From an uncultured Bacilli bacterium (lineage in GTDB: Bacteria; Bacillota_I; Bacilli_A; RF39; UBA660): 64,000 nucleotides of DNA. Positions 46,899-58,690 of the stretch are shown here, one piece after another; position 1 is the stretch's first letter, and every line of letters begins with the position of its first letter. The notes under the pieces were generated by a model. The model had not been told where the DNA came from, made no database searches, and saw only the letters and a program-made list of their open reading frames with translations. The stretch is from the NCBI GenBank assembly GCA_944331915.1, contig CALVIR010000004.1, positions 2,427 through 66,426 on the forward strand, read 5' to 3'. The position numbers were made by a program, and so were the translations under genes.

Positions 46899-47336
46899 GT
46901 GGCAAAGAAAGAAGTTGTAAAGAAAATTAAACTACAAATTCCTGCAGGAAAAGCAACCCCTGCTCCACCAGTTGGTACAGTTTTAGGACCTGCTGGAATC
47001 AATTTACAGGAATTTTGTACAAAATATAATGATGCAACAAGAGATAAGATGGGAGATATTTTACCAGTTGAAATTTCTGTTTATGATGACAGAAGCTTTG
47101 ACTTTGTAATAAAAACTCCACCAGCAGCTTTCTTAATTAAGAAATATGCTAAAATAAACAAAGGATCTACTAAAGGATCTAATGAAACAGTTGCAACTTT
47201 AACAGATGCTCAAGTTACAGAAATAGCTGAAACTAAATTACCAGATTTAAACTGCTATGATTTAGAAGCTGCTAAGAAAACAGTTATTGGAACTGCTAAG
47301 AACATGGGCGTTGCTGTTGAAACAAAAGAAAATTAA
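46899..47336 (+). CDS. rplK: 50S ribosomal protein L11
   Basis: A GTG start gives MAKKEVVKKIKLQIPAGKATPAPPVGTVLGPAGIN, the canonical L11 N-terminus. The track ORF's upstream 27 codons fall in a tandem repeat and are not credible as coding. Confidence 0.95.
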   Translation: MAKKEVVKKIKLQIPAGKATPAPPVGTVLGPAGINLQEFCTKYNDATRDKMGDILPVEISVYDDRSFDFVIKTPPAAFLIKKYAKINKGSTKGSNETVATLTDAQVTEIAETKLPDLNCYDLEAAKKTVIGTAKNMGVAVETKEN

Positions 47337-47362
47337 TAAATACTCAACATATAGGTTATGCC

Positions 47363-47408
47363 TATGTGGGAGGAAAGAGCACTAATTGCTTACCCGAATA
47401 ACCACATA
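47363..47408 (+). promoter_or_regulatory. Structured rplK-rplA intergenic leader (candidate L1 autoregulatory site)
   Basis: A 7-bp helix, TATGTGG...CCACATA, encloses GGGAGGAAAGAGC... and abuts the rplA RBS. Confidence 0.3.
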
Positions 47409-47421
47409 AGGAGGAAAAATA

Positions 47422-48120
47422 ATGAAGAAGAAAAGTAGAAAATATCAAGAAGCTGCTTCTAAAATAGAAAAAGGTAAAGCATATACTAAAGAAGAAGCTG
47501 TTAAATTAGTTAAAGAAACTAGTATAACTAAGTTTGATTCATCTGTTGAAGTAGCTATGAACTTAAATCTTGATACTAAAAAAGCTGATCAACAACTAAG
47601 AGGTGCTATTGTTCTACCTAAAGGAACTGGTAAAACAAATCGTGTCCTAGTTATCGCTAAAGGTGACAACGCTAAAGCTGCTGTTGCTGCTGGAGCTGAC
47701 TATGTTGGTGATCAAGACTATTTAGAAAAAATAGAGAAAGAAAATTGGTTTGAATTTGATACTATGATTGCTACTCCAGATATGATGCCATTACTTGGTA
47801 AACTTGGACGTGTTTTAGGACCAAAAGGTTTAATGCCAAACCCTAAAACTGGTACAGTTACTACTGATGTAGCAAAAGCTGTAACTGAAGCTAAAGCTGG
47901 ACGTGTTGAATATCGTACCGATAGTTATGGAAATATCCATGCGTTAATTGGTAAGGTTTCTTTTAGTGAAGAAGATCTACTAGCAAACTTACAAGCTTTT
48001 GTATCACAAATAATTAAAATTAAACCAACAACTGTAAAAGGTGACTATATTAAAAACATATCTATTTCATCTACTATGGGTCCTGGAATTAAAATTGCAA
48101 TTAATTCTTTTGACAAATAG
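47422..48120 (+). CDS. rplA: 50S ribosomal protein L1
   Basis: [30 protein letters not shown] and LGP.GLMPNPK.GTVT motifs. RBS AAGGAGG. Confidence 0.96.
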   Translation: MKKKSRKYQEAASKIEKGKAYTKEEAVKLVKETSITKFDSSVEVAMNLNLDTKKADQQLRGAIVLPKGTGKTNRVLVIAKGDNAKAAVAAGADYVGDQDYLEKIEKENWFEFDTMIATPDMMPLLGKLGRVLGPKGLMPNPKTGTVTTDVAKAVTEAKAGRVEYRTDSYGNIHALIGKVSFSEEDLLANLQAFVSQIIKIKPTTVKGDYIKNISISSTMGPGIKIAINSFDK

Positions 48121-48279
48121 AGATTTATAGAATATAATAAACATGAAATTTCGTTAATCAGTGCCAAAGACAGTAGGTAATTTGTAAATCCTACCGAGGA
48201 CTACTTAAATAAATAAAAAGTTCTTGGTAGTATACTGAGAACTTTTTTGCACTGACTAAGAAAATTAGGAGGGAAGAAA
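48121..48279 (+). promoter_or_regulatory. Ribosomal protein L10 (rplJL) leader with terminator-type attenuator
   Basis: 159-nt structured leader. GCCAAAGACAGTAGG...CCTACCGAGG forms a helix reminiscent of the L10(L12)4 binding site. It is followed by the hairpin AAAAGTTCT(n13)AGAACTTTT plus a T-run (48216..48248), just before the RBS. Confidence 0.6.
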
Positions 48280-48774
48280 ATGGCTAATCAAAAAATCTTA
48301 GCTAAAAAGCAAGAAGTTATTGATGAGATTAAAGATAAAGTTAATAATAGTTCAAGCTTTGTTCTATTTGATTATCGTGGTCTAACTGATGCTGAGATTA
48401 AAGAGTTAAGAAGAGCTCTAAGAAATGCTGATGCCAATTATAAAGTATATAAAAATACTTTAATGGCTCGAGCTTTTAACGATTTAAACATTGATCTATC
48501 TAGTGCTCTTGAAGGTCCAAGTGCTTTTGCTTATAGTACTGATCAAATAGCTCCAATTAAAGTTTTATCAGATTTTGCAAAAGACCATGAAGCTTTAATC
48601 TTAAAAATAGGTTATGTTGATGGTGAAATTGCTGATAACAAAAAACTTGCAGAGTATGCAACTATTCCATCAAGAGATGGCTTACTTACTATGCTTGCTG
48701 GTGGTATGATAGGACTTGTTCGCGACCTATCTATCTGCTTAAACTTATATTGTGAACAAAAAGAAGAAAAGTAA
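48280..48774 (+). CDS. rplJ: 50S ribosomal protein L10
   Basis: Typical L10 (V.FDYRGLT..E...LR..LR......KV.KNTL...A). RBS AGGAGGG. Confidence 0.95.
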   Translation: MANQKILAKKQEVIDEIKDKVNNSSSFVLFDYRGLTDAEIKELRRALRNADANYKVYKNTLMARAFNDLNIDLSSALEGPSAFAYSTDQIAPIKVLSDFAKDHEALILKIGYVDGEIADNKKLAEYATIPSRDGLLTMLAGGMIGLVRDLSICLNLYCEQKEEK

Positions 48775-48791
48775 AATAGGAGGAATACAAA

Positions 48792-49163
48792 ATGGCAAAA
48801 TTAACAAAAGAAGAATTTATTAGCTCATTAAAAGAAATGAATCTTTTAGAAATTAAAGAATTAGTAGACGCAATGAAGGAGGAATTTGGTGTTGATCCAT
48901 CTGCTGTAGCTGTTGCTGCTCCTGCTGCTGGTGCTGCTGAAGATGCTGCTCCTGCAACAGTTAGTATCGCAATTGCTGAAGCTGGTGCTGCTAAAGTTGC
49001 AGTTATTAAAGTAGTTCGTGAAATTACTGGTTTAGGATTAAAAGAATCTAAAGATTTAGTTGATAATCCTGGAACACCAATTAAAGAAAACATTTCTAAA
49101 GAAGAAGCTGATGAAATCAAAGCTAAATTAGAAGAAGCTGGCGCTACTGTTGAAATTAAATAA
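48792..49163 (+). CDS. rplL: 50S ribosomal protein L7/L12
   Basis: Ala-rich hinge and C-terminal KV.VIK.VRE.TGLGLKE.K.LV...P..IKE..SKEEA..IK..LEEAGA.VE.K. Confidence 0.96.
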   Translation: MAKLTKEEFISSLKEMNLLEIKELVDAMKEEFGVDPSAVAVAAPAAGAAEDAAPATVSIAIAEAGAAKVAVIKVVREITGLGLKESKDLVDNPGTPIKENISKEEADEIKAKLEEAGATVEIK

Positions 49164-49174
49164 GTAGCTACATT

Positions 49175-49197
49175 AGGACTTTAATAAGTCCTTTTTT
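49175..49197 (+). terminator. Terminator after rplL
   Basis: AGGACTT(taat)AAGTCCT followed by TTTTT. Confidence 0.8.
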
Positions 49198-49227
49198 CTT
49201 GCTATAATTTAGAAAAGGTGAAGAAAA

Positions 49228-49860
49228 ATGATTTGTCATAATTGTCAAAAAGAATATAATAACAATTTACTAAGTTGCCCTAATTGTGGTGCTGTGAACA
49301 GAAAAGCTTATAAAGACATTGAAACTAAAGAGATAAAAGCAAAAATAATAGATAGTTTTTTTCAAGATCTTAAAACACCACCCAAGAGTTTTATTAAAGA
49401 GTTTCCCTTATTAGTGCTTGCCATAATAATTTTTGCTGCCGCTTATTTTCTAAACATTTATTATTTTACAAAATTAGAACCTGAATCTTTTCTTTTTCAA
49501 ATAATGACTAATTATTCATTATGGATTTTGATATTTACACCTCTAGCAATCTATCCCTATTATCGTAAAATTTCTCTTACCTCAGTAATACTAAATATTT
49601 ATTTTGCTATTTTCATCTTTATTAGTCTTGCTTTTCCATTCTTTTTGGAACTCATGAGTAGTAACAACACTGGTTTCTATTTACTATTACTGCTTGTTCC
49701 TCTTCTATTTGCTTTCTGTTTATTCATTATAAAAAAGACAGGAACATATATCAAAAATAAACTTTTAAACCATCATGTTATAACATACTTACTCTTTATG
49801 CTAGCAACTTTATACCTTCTAATTACCCTAATAATCATAATAATTAGACAACTTTTCTGA
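49228..49860 (+). CDS. Zinc-ribbon membrane protein (hypothetical)
   Basis: N-terminal CxxC...CxxC (CHNCQ...CPNCG), then about 5 TM helices. RBS AAAGGTGA. Confidence 0.6.
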   Translation: MICHNCQKEYNNNLLSCPNCGAVNRKAYKDIETKEIKAKIIDSFFQDLKTPPKSFIKEFPLLVLAIIIFAAAYFLNIYYFTKLEPESFLFQIMTNYSLWILIFTPLAIYPYYRKISLTSVILNIYFAIFIFISLAFPFFLELMSSNNTGFYLLLLLVPLLFAFCLFIIKKTGTYIKNKLLNHHVITYLLFMLATLYLLITLIIIIIRQLF

Positions 49861-49899
49861 CAAATATACTCCAAACGATAAAAAAAGTGAGAAAAAATA

Positions 49900-49928
49900 T
49901 TGACTAAATGAAAAAAATGCTGTACTAT
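49900..49928 (+). promoter_or_regulatory. Promoter-like element (TTGACT-17-TACTAT) upstream of the YbxB-like methyltransferase
   Basis: Hexamers read directly. It is followed within 11 nt by a strong hairpin. Confidence 0.4.
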
Positions 49929-49938
49929 AACATCACGA

Positions 49939-49986
49939 AAGGAGACAACTATACATTTATTGTAAATAGTTGTCTCTTTCTTTGTT
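49939..49986 (+). terminator. Strong hairpin plus T-tract immediately upstream of the methyltransferase RBS
   Basis: 11-bp perfect stem GAGACAACTAT/ATAGTTGTCTC, extendable to about 14 bp, then TTTCTTTGTTT. Confidence 0.65.
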
Positions 49987-49999
49987 TGGAGTGTTGCTA

Positions 50000-50596
50000 A
50001 TGAGTCATTATTTTGAAAATGATCAGAATTTGGCTAGTAATTTAAAAAAAACCACCACCACCTTATTTAATAAACAATTTACTTTTTACACTGATAATGG
50101 TGTTTTTGCTAAAAAGGGATTGGACTACGGTAGTAGATTGCTCTTAGAAAGTTTACCATATCAAGACATAAAAGGAAATGTTTTAGATGTTGGCTGCGGC
50201 TATGGCGTTTTAGGAATTATTATTAATAAACTAACAAATTGCCAAACCGATATGATTGATGTTAATAAAAGAGCCATCCATTTGACCTTGAAAAACATCA
50301 AAGAAAATAATTGCCAAAATACTACTGCTTTCTATAGTGATTGTTATTCTGCTGTAACTAAGAAATATCAAACCATTATTACTAATCCACCAATTAGAGC
50401 AGGTAAAAAAATAGTTTATGAAATTCTATTTAAAGCTAAAGAACATTTAGAGAAAGATGGTACTTTATATCTTGTTATTCGTAAAGAACAAGGAGCTAAA
50501 TCGACAATTACTGACTTAAAAAAAGAATATGATGTAACTATTATAAATAAAAGTAAAGGTTTTTTTATAATTAAAGCTAAAAACTGTGAAAACTAA
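50000..50596 (+). CDS. Class I SAM-dependent methyltransferase, RsmC/YbxB-like (putative rRNA methyltransferase)
   Basis: MSHYF N-terminus, DVGCGYGVLG SAM motif, NPPIRAG catalytic motif. Same position (rplL to rpoB) as Bacillus ybxB. Confidence 0.85.
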   Translation: MSHYFENDQNLASNLKKTTTTLFNKQFTFYTDNGVFAKKGLDYGSRLLLESLPYQDIKGNVLDVGCGYGVLGIIINKLTNCQTDMIDVNKRAIHLTLKNIKENNCQNTTAFYSDCYSAVTKKYQTIITNPPIRAGKKIVYEILFKAKEHLEKDGTLYLVIRKEQGAKSTITDLKKEYDVTIINKSKGFFIIKAKNCEN

Positions 50597-50702
50597 TGAA
50601 AAGTTGTTGACTTGTTGAAGAATTTATGTTAATAATATAAATTGGCAACGTATTATTTTTAATAATAAAATAAAGAAAACTATGGTATTGGGGTGAATTT
50701 GC

Positions 50703-53700
50703 GTGTCATATAAAATTGTAAAATATGGTAAAAAAAGAGAAAGAAGAAACTATTCAAAAATTAGAAATACTTATGAACTAAAAGATTTGCTAGAAGTTCA
50801 AAAAAAATCATATGATTGGTTTATTACAACTGGTATTAAAGAAGTGTTTGAAGATTTATTTCCAGTTGAAAACTTTTCAGGAACCTTATCATTAGAGTTT
50901 GGTGATTATCATTTTGATGAACCAAGATACTCTATTAAAGCGAGTAAAGATCGTGAAACTACTTATGCAGCACCACTAAAAGTTGAAGTGCGTCTTTTTA
51001 ATCGTGAAACAGGCGAGGTTAAAGAACAAGAGATTTTCTTAGGCGATATGCCAATTATGACTGACAGTGCTACCTTTATTATCAATGGAGCAGAACGTGT
51101 TATTGTCTCACAATTAGTTAGATCACCTAGTGCGTATTTTAATAGAGAAATAGATAAAAATGGTCGTGAATTAATTACATCGCAAATTATTCCAACTCGT
51201 GGTACTTGGTTAGAATTTGAAGCAGATGCTCGTGATGTTTTATATGTAAGAATAGATAGAACTAGAAAAGTAACCTTAACAACTCTTCTAAGAGCTTTTG
51301 GTCTTTCTAGTGATGAAGATATTCTAGCTTTATTTGGTGAAGATGATTACTTAAAAAATACTATCCAAAAAGATTCAACTAAAAACTTAGATGAAGCTTT
51401 AATTGAAATTTATGAAAAATTAAGACCAGGCGAACCTGCAACTCTTGATTCATCAAAGAACCACATTATTACAAGATTTTTTGATGAATTTAGATATGAT
51501 TTAGCTAAAGTAGGACGTTATAAATTTAATCGTAAGTTAAATGTTGTTGACCGTCTTTTAAATCAAACTCTAGCTGAAGATATTATTGTAGATGGTAACG
51601 TCATTTATCCAACAGGAACCGTTGTTACAAAAGATGTTTTAAATAACTTAAAAGAGGTTTTTGCTAATGGTTATGGTGTTTGTGAGGTTAAAATTAATGA
51701 AGATTTAGACACTTACAATAAAATTCAAAAAGTTACAATCTTTGATCCTAACGATAAAAAACAAAAACTTATTGTCATTGGTAATGATCAAACAATTGAT
51801 TCTAAACGTCTAACTATTTCTGATGTTTATGCTGCAACATCATACTATTTAAATCTTTTACATGGCGTAGGTAATTTTGATGAAATCGATCACTTAGGTA
51901 ATCGCCGTGTTAGACAAGTAGGAGAACTTCTTCAAAATCAATTCCGTATTGGTGTTTCTAGAATGGAAAGAGTTATTCGTGAGCGAATGACTACTCAAGA
52001 AATGGAAGAGGTAACACCTAAAACCTTAATTAATATAAGACCAGTTACAGCAGCCATGAAAGAGTTCTTTGGTTCTTCACAATTATCACAATTCATGGAC
52101 CAAACTAATCCTATCGCTGAACTTACTAATAAACGTCGTCTTTCTGCTTTAGGACCAGGTGGACTTTCTCGTGATCGTGCTGGTGTTGAGGTTCGTGACG
52201 TTAATGCCTCTCACTATGGTAGAATTTGTCCAATTGAGTCTCCAGAAGGTCAGAATATCGGACTTATTACCTCTTTGGCAAGCTATGCTAAAATCGATGA
52301 ATATGGTTTCATTATGACACCATATCGTAAAGTAGAAAACTGTAAAATTACTGATGAGGTTGTTTACTTAACTGCTGACGAAGAACAAGATTATATTATT
52401 TCTCAATCAACAGTTACAACAGATGAAAACAACGTTATTATTGATAGTCAAGTAGCAGCTAGATTTAAAGATGAAAATATCCTAGCTAAACCAGAACAAG
52501 TTGACTACATCGATGTATCGCCTCAACAAGTTGTCTCAGTTACGACAAGTTGTATTCCATTCCTAGAACATGATGACGCAACTCGTGCTTTGATGGGAGC
52601 TAACATGCAACGTCAAGCTATGCCATTATTAAAAACAGAAGCCCCATTCATTGGTACTGGTGTTGAGCACATTGCTGCTAAAGATTCAGGTGTTTGTATT
52701 ATTGCTAAAGCTGATGGTATTGTTGACTATGTTGATGCCAAGAAAATCATTATTGCTAATGCGAAAGGTAAAGATACTTACTACTTAGCAAATTTTGAAC
52801 TAGCTAACTCTAGTATCTGCTCACATCAAAGACCAATTGTAAGAGTAGGAGATAAAGTAGCTAAAGGTGATATTATTGCCGATGGTAATAGCTGTGATAA
52901 TGGTGAACTTGCTTTAGGTAAAAACGTTGTTGTCGCTTTCATGACTTACAATGGTTATAACTACGAAGATGCCGTAATCTTAAATGAAAACCTTGTTAAA
53001 GATGATAAATATACCTCATTACATCTAGAAGATTATGAAATGCAATGCCGTGAAACTAAATTAGGACCTGAGGAAATTACTCGTGATATTCCTAATGTTA
53101 GTGAAGAAGCTAAGAAAAATCTTGATGAAAACGGTATTGTTACTATTGGAACAGAGGTAAAAGAAGGCGATATCCTTGTTGGTAAAGTAACTCCAAAAGG
53201 TATGGCTGAATTAACAAGTGAAGAAAAATTACTACATGCCATCTTTGGTGAAAAAACTCGTGAAGTTCGTGATACCTCTTTACGTGTACCACATGGTGGA
53301 GATGGTATTGTTCATGATATTAAAATTTATTCTCGTAAAGATAATGATGAATTACCAGCTGGAGTATCTAAAGTAATTAGAGTATATATTATTCAAAAAC
53401 GTAAAATTCAAGTTGGTGATAAGATGTCTGGTCGTCATGGTAACAAAGGTGTTATTTCCTTAATCTTACCACAAGAAGATATGCCATATTTACCAGATGG
53501 ACGTCCTGTTGATATTATGCTTAATCCTCAAGGTGTTCCTTCTCGTATGAACTTAGGACAAATCCTTGAATTACATATGGGAATGGCTGCTAAAAAGTTA
53601 GGTGTTCATATTGCTACTCCAGTTTTCGATGGCGCTCATATTTCCGATATTGAAGAAATTATGGCTGAAGCTGGAATGGATAAAGATGGTAAAACTGTTC

Positions 53701-54335
53701 TATATGATGGACGTACAGGTGAACCATTTGATAACCGTATTTCTGTTGGTGTAATGTATATGATTAAATTACATCACATGGTTGATGATAAACTTCATGC
53801 CAGAAGTACAGGACCATACTCTTTAGTAACTCAACAGCCACTTGGAGGTAAAGCTCAATTTGGTGGTCAACGTTTCGGTGAGATGGAGGTTTGGGCTCTA
53901 TATGCTTATGGTGCTGCCTATACTCTACAAGAAATGATGACTGTTAAATCAGACGATGTTGTTGGCCGTGTTAAAGTTTATGAATCTATTGTAAAAGGTG
54001 AAGAAATTAATCAAGCTGGAGTTCCTGAATCATTTAGAGTTTTAATGAAAGAGTTCCAAGCTTTAGGACTTGATATATCTATCATCAATGAAGATGGCGT
54101 TGCTTTAGGATTAAAACAAATAGAAGAAAATGATGATGATACAGAACCTTTAAATGAAGAGCTAAACATTAATAAAATAGATGATCCAAAGCCGGTAGAA
54201 ACTGCCGCTGAAGCTGATATTAAAGATGATGATGAAGCTACCGAAGAAGATGACTTAGACGATTATGATGAGGAAGAGGATTTTCCTCTTGATGACCTAG
54301 ATGAAATAGAAAATATTGAAGGAGATGATGAATAA
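50703..54335 (+). CDS. rpoB: DNA-directed RNA polymerase beta subunit
   Basis: 1210 aa with all conserved beta regions (e.g. [32 protein letters not shown]). GTG start after GGGGTG. About 65 aa acidic C-terminal extension. Confidence 0.98.
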   Translation: MSYKIVKYGKKRERRNYSKIRNTYELKDLLEVQKKSYDWFITTGIKEVFEDLFPVENFSGTLSLEFGDYHFDEPRYSIKASKDRETTYAAPLKVEVRLFNRETGEVKEQEIFLGDMPIMTDSATFIINGAERVIVSQLVRSPSAYFNREIDKNGRELITSQIIPTRGTWLEFEADARDVLYVRIDRTRKVTLTTLLRAFGLSSDEDILALFGEDDYLKNTIQKDSTKNLDEALIEIYEKLRPGEPATLDSSKNHIITRFFDEFRYDLAKVGRYKFNRKLNVVDRLLNQTLAEDIIVDGNVIYPTGTVVTKDVLNNLKEVFANGYGVCEVKINEDLDTYNKIQKVTIFDPNDKKQKLIVIGNDQTIDSKRLTISDVYAATSYYLNLLHGVGNFDEIDHLGNRRVRQVGELLQNQFRIGVSRMERVIRERMTTQEMEEVTPKTLINIRPVTAAMKEFFGSSQLSQFMDQTNPIAELTNKRRLSALGPGGLSRDRAGVEVRDVNASHYGRICPIESPEGQNIGLITSLASYAKIDEYGFIMTPYRKVENCKITDEVVYLTADEEQDYIISQSTVTTDENNVIIDSQVAARFKDENILAKPEQVDYIDVSPQQVVSVTTSCIPFLEHDDATRALMGANMQRQAMPLLKTEAPFIGTGVEHIAAKDSGVCIIAKADGIVDYVDAKKIIIANAKGKDTYYLANFELANSSICSHQRPIVRVGDKVAKGDIIADGNSCDNGELALGKNVVVAFMTYNGYNYEDAVILNENLVKDDKYTSLHLEDYEMQCRETKLGPEEITRDIPNVSEEAKKNLDENGIVTIGTEVKEGDILVGKVTPKGMAELTSEEKLLHAIFGEKTREVRDTSLRVPHGGDGIVHDIKIYSRKDNDELPAGVSKVIRVYIIQKRKIQVGDKMSGRHGNKGVISLILPQEDMPYLPDGRPVDIMLNPQGVPSRMNLGQILELHMGMAAKKLGVHIATPVFDGAHISDIEEIMAEAGMDKDGKTVLYDGRTGEPFDNRISVGVMYMIKLHHMVDDKLHARSTGPYSLVTQQPLGGKAQFGGQRFGEMEVWALYAYGAAYTLQEMMTVKSDDVVGRVKVYESIVKGEEINQAGVPESFRVLMKEFQALGLDISIINEDGVALGLKQIEENDDDTEPLNEELNINKIDDPKPVETAAEADIKDDDEATEEDDLDDYDEEEDFPLDDLDEIENIEGDDE

Positions 54336-57300
54336 TGATGGAAGTAAATAAATTTGATGCCATAAGAATTGGTATCGCTTCTCCTGAAAAAATTCGCGAA
54401 TGGTCTTATGGTGAAGTTAAAAAACCAGAAACGATTAACTATCGTACACTTCGTCCTGAACGTGATGGCTTGTTCTGTGAAAAAATCTTTGGACCAACTA
54501 AAGATTTTGAATGTGCCTGTGGAAAATACAAACGTGTTCGTTATAAAAATATCGTTTGTGACCGTTGTGGTGTCGAAGTAACAAAATCTAAAGTTAGACG
54601 TGAGAGAATGGGACATATTGAACTTGCTAGTCCTGTTTCTCACATCTGGTTTTTTAAAGGTGTACCATCAAGAATGGGACTTGTCCTTGATATGAGTCCA
54701 AGAGATCTAGAAGAGGTATTATACTTTGTTAGTTACGTTGTAATTGATAAAGGTAATGCTCCTCTTGAAAATAAACAAACTCTATCAGAAAAAGAATACC
54801 GTGCTTATTATGAAAAATATGGTAATGGCTTTAAAGTTGGTATGGGTGCTGAAGCTATTAAAGAGCTTCTTAAAAAAGTAGATTTAAAACACGATATTGA
54901 TGAAATAAATAAAGAACTAGAAACTGCTCAAGGACAAAAAAGAACTAGACTTTTAAAAAGATTAGATGTTCTTGATGCTTTCTATCGTTCTAATCAAAAA
55001 CCAGAATGGATGATTTTAGATTGTATTCCGGTAATACCACCTGAACTTCGTCCAATGATTCAATTAGATGGTGGTCGTTTTGCTACTAGTGACTTAAATG
55101 ACTTATATCGTCGTGTTATAAATCGTAATAATCGTTTAAAGAAATTAATTGATTTAGGAGCTCCTAGTATCATTATTCAAAACGAAAAACGTATGCTTCA
55201 AGAAGCTGTAGATGCCTTATTTGATAATGGACGTCGTGGAAGAAGCGTTACAGGTGCTGGAAATCGTGCTTTAAAATCACTTTCAAGCATGTTAAAAGGT
55301 AAACAAGGACGTTTCCGTCAAAACTTATTAGGTAAACGTGTTGACTATTCTGGTCGTTCTGTTATCGTTGTTGGACCATCTCTTAAGATGTACCAATGTG
55401 GTATTCCTAAAGAAATGGCTCTTGAACTATTCAAACCACATGTTATTCATGGCTTAGTTGAACGTGATATCGCTCATAATATTAAAGCAGCTAAACGTTT
55501 AATTGAAAATCGTGATCCTGTTGTTTGGGACGTTGTTGAAGACGTAATTAAAGAACATCCTGTTCTTCTAAATAGAGCACCAACTCTTCACCGTTTAGGA
55601 ATTCAAGCTTTTGAACCTATCCTTGTTGGTGGTAAAGCAATTAGACTGCATCCATTAGTATGTCCTGCTTTCAATGCCGATTTTGATGGTGATCAAATGG
55701 CTGTTCATGTTCCTTTATCTGAAGAAGCTCAAGCTGAAGCTAGAACCCTAATGTTAGGTTCAGGAAATATCTTAAAACCATCTGATGGAAAACCAATCGT
55801 TACTCCAGCTCAAGATATGGTTTTAGGTAATTACTATATCACTATGGAAAAAGCAGGAGAAGATGGTGAAGGTAGAGTATTCAAAGACTCTAAAGAAGCT
55901 TTAATGGCCTATGAAAGAAGAGAAATAACTCTTCACACTAGAATTGCCATCCCTGTTAATTCTTTCAAATATAAAGTCTTTACTGATAGTCAAAAAGGTA
56001 AATACTTAGTAACCACTGTTGGTAAGATTAAATTTAATGAAATCTTACCAGATTCCTTCCCATATATTAATGAACCAACTGATGATAATATTCAAAATAT
56101 TACCCCTAATAAGTATTTCTTAAATAAAGGTGTTAATATAAAAGAAGAAATTAGTAAAATGCCTTTAGTTAAACCTTTTGCTAAAGGAACTCTTGAAAAA
56201 GTAATCGCTGGGGTCTTCAAACGTTATAAAACTACTGAAACTTCAGAAATGCTTGATAAAATGAAAGATTTAGGGTTCTACTACTCAACAATTGCTGGTA
56301 TCACTATCTCTATGAGCGATGTTGTAACTAGTGAACATAAACAAGAATATATTGATGAAGGCCAAGCTTTGGTTAATAAAATTAATAAACAATATACAAG
56401 AGGTTTAATTACTGAAAGTGAACGTCATGAAAAAGTAATTGAAACATGGTATGGAGTTAAAGATAAAGTTCAAGCTGAACTTGAAGACATATCTGAAAAA
56501 CAAGTTGATAATCCAATCTTCATCATGATGCATTCTAAAGCTCGTGGTAGTATTTCTCAGTTTACCCAAGTTGCTGGTATGCGTGGACTAATGCAAAAAC
56601 CAAATGGAGATCCAATTGAGATTCCTGTAACCTCTAACTTTAAGGAAGGACTATCTGTATCAGAATTCTTTTTATCAACTCACTCTGCTCGTAAAGGTAG
56701 TGCTGATACTGCTTTGAAAACTGCAGACTCTGGTTACTTGACTCGTCGTCTTGTTGATGTATCACAAGATATAATCGTTAAAGAAGACGACTGTGGAACA
56801 GATCAAGGTGTTGTTGCCCGTGCCTTTATTAACGAAAAAACAGGTGCTGTTATTGAAAGCCTATATGATCGTATAGTTGGTCGTTATACTAGTAAAAAAG
56901 TAATTAATCCTGAAACAAAAGAGGTAATTGTTGACAAAGATGAATTTATTACGGAATCTATTGCCGATAAAATTATTTCTGCTGGTATTGAAGAGGTTGA
57001 AATCAGATCTATTCTTACATGTAATACCGAAAAAGGTGTTTGTCGTAAATGTTATGGTCGTAACCTTGCTACTGGTAATGTAGTAGAAATAGGTGAAGCG
57101 GTTGGAGTCATGGCTGCTCAATCTATTGGTGAACCAGGTACTCAGTTAACCATGCGTACTTTCCATACTGGTGGTGTTGCAGGTGGTGAAGATATTACTC
57201 AAGGTCTTCCACGTGTTCAAGAATTATTTGAAGCTAGAAACCCTAAAGGTAAAGCAACCATTGCGGAAATAGATGGTAAAGTAACAAAAATTGCTGAAGA

Positions 57301-57967
57301 TCATGGTAAATTTAAGATTAGTATTACTAACAAAGTTGAAACTAAAGAACATGTTACTAACTATGGAGCTAAACTTTGTGTTGAAAAAGGTGATACTGTC
57401 TCATGTGGTGATAAATTAACTGAAGGAGCTATTTCACCAAAAGAATTACTAGATGTTACTGATCCAATAACAACTCAAGAATACATTTTAAAAGAAGTTC
57501 AAAATACTTATCGTTCTCAAGGTGTTGATATTGCTGATAAACATATCGAAATTATCGCTCGTCGTATGATTTCTAAGATTAGAATTATTGAAGGAGGAGA
57601 TACCAAATTCCTCCCAGGCTCTCTAGTTAACTTTAGAGAATTTACAGAAGGAAATAAAGAAGTAATCATTACTGGTAAACGTCCTGCTACAGGCCGACCT
57701 GTTCTATTAGGTATTACCAAAGCCTCTCTAGAAACAGATTCCTTCTTATCAGCAGCTTCATTCCAAGAAACAACAAGAATTCTAACAGACGCCTCTATTC
57801 GTGGTAAAGTTGATCACTTAGAAGGTCTAAAAGAAAATGTTTTAATTGGTAAATTAATTCCTGCTGGTACGGGTTTAAAGAAATATCGTGATATTGATTA
57901 CACCTTAGAAGATGAATTTAGTGATGAAGAACCTCTAGAAAAATTAGAAGAAGAATTTATGGAATAG
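54335..57967 (+). CDS. rpoC: DNA-directed RNA polymerase beta-prime subunit
   Basis: Zn finger CACGKYK...C..CGVEV, catalytic [12 protein letters not shown], and trigger-loop/bridge-helix regions. TAATG overlap with rpoB. Confidence 0.98.
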   Translation: MMEVNKFDAIRIGIASPEKIREWSYGEVKKPETINYRTLRPERDGLFCEKIFGPTKDFECACGKYKRVRYKNIVCDRCGVEVTKSKVRRERMGHIELASPVSHIWFFKGVPSRMGLVLDMSPRDLEEVLYFVSYVVIDKGNAPLENKQTLSEKEYRAYYEKYGNGFKVGMGAEAIKELLKKVDLKHDIDEINKELETAQGQKRTRLLKRLDVLDAFYRSNQKPEWMILDCIPVIPPELRPMIQLDGGRFATSDLNDLYRRVINRNNRLKKLIDLGAPSIIIQNEKRMLQEAVDALFDNGRRGRSVTGAGNRALKSLSSMLKGKQGRFRQNLLGKRVDYSGRSVIVVGPSLKMYQCGIPKEMALELFKPHVIHGLVERDIAHNIKAAKRLIENRDPVVWDVVEDVIKEHPVLLNRAPTLHRLGIQAFEPILVGGKAIRLHPLVCPAFNADFDGDQMAVHVPLSEEAQAEARTLMLGSGNILKPSDGKPIVTPAQDMVLGNYYITMEKAGEDGEGRVFKDSKEALMAYERREITLHTRIAIPVNSFKYKVFTDSQKGKYLVTTVGKIKFNEILPDSFPYINEPTDDNIQNITPNKYFLNKGVNIKEEISKMPLVKPFAKGTLEKVIAGVFKRYKTTETSEMLDKMKDLGFYYSTIAGITISMSDVVTSEHKQEYIDEGQALVNKINKQYTRGLITESERHEKVIETWYGVKDKVQAELEDISEKQVDNPIFIMMHSKARGSISQFTQVAGMRGLMQKPNGDPIEIPVTSNFKEGLSVSEFFLSTHSARKGSADTALKTADSGYLTRRLVDVSQDIIVKEDDCGTDQGVVARAFINEKTGAVIESLYDRIVGRYTSKKVINPETKEVIVDKDEFITESIADKIISAGIEEVEIRSILTCNTEKGVCRKCYGRNLATGNVVEIGEAVGVMAAQSIGEPGTQLTMRTFHTGGVAGGEDITQGLPRVQELFEARNPKGKATIAEIDGKVTKIAEDHGKFKISITNKVETKEHVTNYGAKLCVEKGDTVSCGDKLTEGAISPKELLDVTDPITTQEYILKEVQNTYRSQGVDIADKHIEIIARRMISKIRIIEGGDTKFLPGSLVNFREFTEGNKEVIITGKRPATGRPVLLGITKASLETDSFLSAASFQETTRILTDASIRGKVDHLEGLKENVLIGKLIPAGTGLKKYRDIDYTLEDEFSDEEPLEKLEEEFME

Positions 57968-57991
57968 CTTAGTCTATTCCTTTTCTTTTTG
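57961..57991 (+). terminator. Terminator after rpoC
   Basis: GGAATAG(cttagt)CTATTCC followed by TTTTCTTTTT. Confidence 0.75.
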
Positions 57992-58073
57992 CTTAAATTA
58001 TGTCAAATTTTATAAACTCTATTTCTTTTTTTCTTAACCTCTGCTAGAATAAGATAAGAAGGGATTGGTTAAT

Positions 58074-58676
58074 ATGCGTATAGGTGTTGATTTAGATGGT
58101 GTTCTAAATGATGTAGCTGAGTGGCATTTCGCTTGTGGCTCGAAATTCTGTCTAGAACATAATATTAACAGAGGTTTTAACGCTGCCGGTTATTATATGG
58201 AAGAACAATTCTTTTTAACAGCAGATGAAAACAGAGAATTTTGGCGTCAATATATTTTTGATCTTTTAATATCAATGCCGCCACGTCCATATGCTAGCGA
58301 AGTGATTCATCTCTTGCGCAAAGCTGGTCATAAAATAATAATTCTCTCTGCCCGTGACAACCAATATTTAACAAATCAATATGAAGGTATGATGGATTAT
58401 TATGTTAAAAGTTGGCTTGCTAAAAATAATATTGAATATGATGACCTAATAATCAACAGCAAAAACAAGCGTGAAAAATGTTTAGAACTAGGATTTGATA
58501 TTATGATTGAAGACAAAGCTAGTAATGTTAACAGTATTTCAAAAATTATCCCTGTTATGGTCTTTGATGCTCCATACAATCAAGGCTGTACTGGCTCTAA
58601 CGTTATTAGAGTTTATTCATGGTATCAAGTCTATCAAGAAATACTTAATAAATTTGCCGCCATTGAATTAATTTAA
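58074..58676 (+). CDS. HAD-superfamily hydrolase, 5'(3')-deoxyribonucleotidase-like
   Basis: N-terminal DxDGV motif (IGVDLDGVLND), ILSAR, and IEDK near the C-terminal third. Family assignment is tentative. Confidence 0.55.
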   Translation: MRIGVDLDGVLNDVAEWHFACGSKFCLEHNINRGFNAAGYYMEEQFFLTADENREFWRQYIFDLLISMPPRPYASEVIHLLRKAGHKIIILSARDNQYLTNQYEGMMDYYVKSWLAKNNIEYDDLIINSKNKREKCLELGFDIMIEDKASNVNSISKIIPVMVFDAPYNQGCTGSNVIRVYSWYQVYQEILNKFAAIELI

Positions 58677-58690
58677 TAGGAGTTGATATT

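Noticed and set aside
48731-49120. A 129-aa Ala/Ser-rich ORF on the minus strand.
   Set aside because: It is entirely antisense to rplJ/rplL. It is the mirror of the Ala-rich L7/L12 hinge and has no RBS.
54263-54643. A 126-aa minus-strand ORF, plus the 70-aa + strand ORF at 54369-54581.
   Set aside because: Both lie inside or overlap the highly conserved rpoB/rpoC coding sequence. They are low-complexity, have no RBS, and are typical shadow ORFs.
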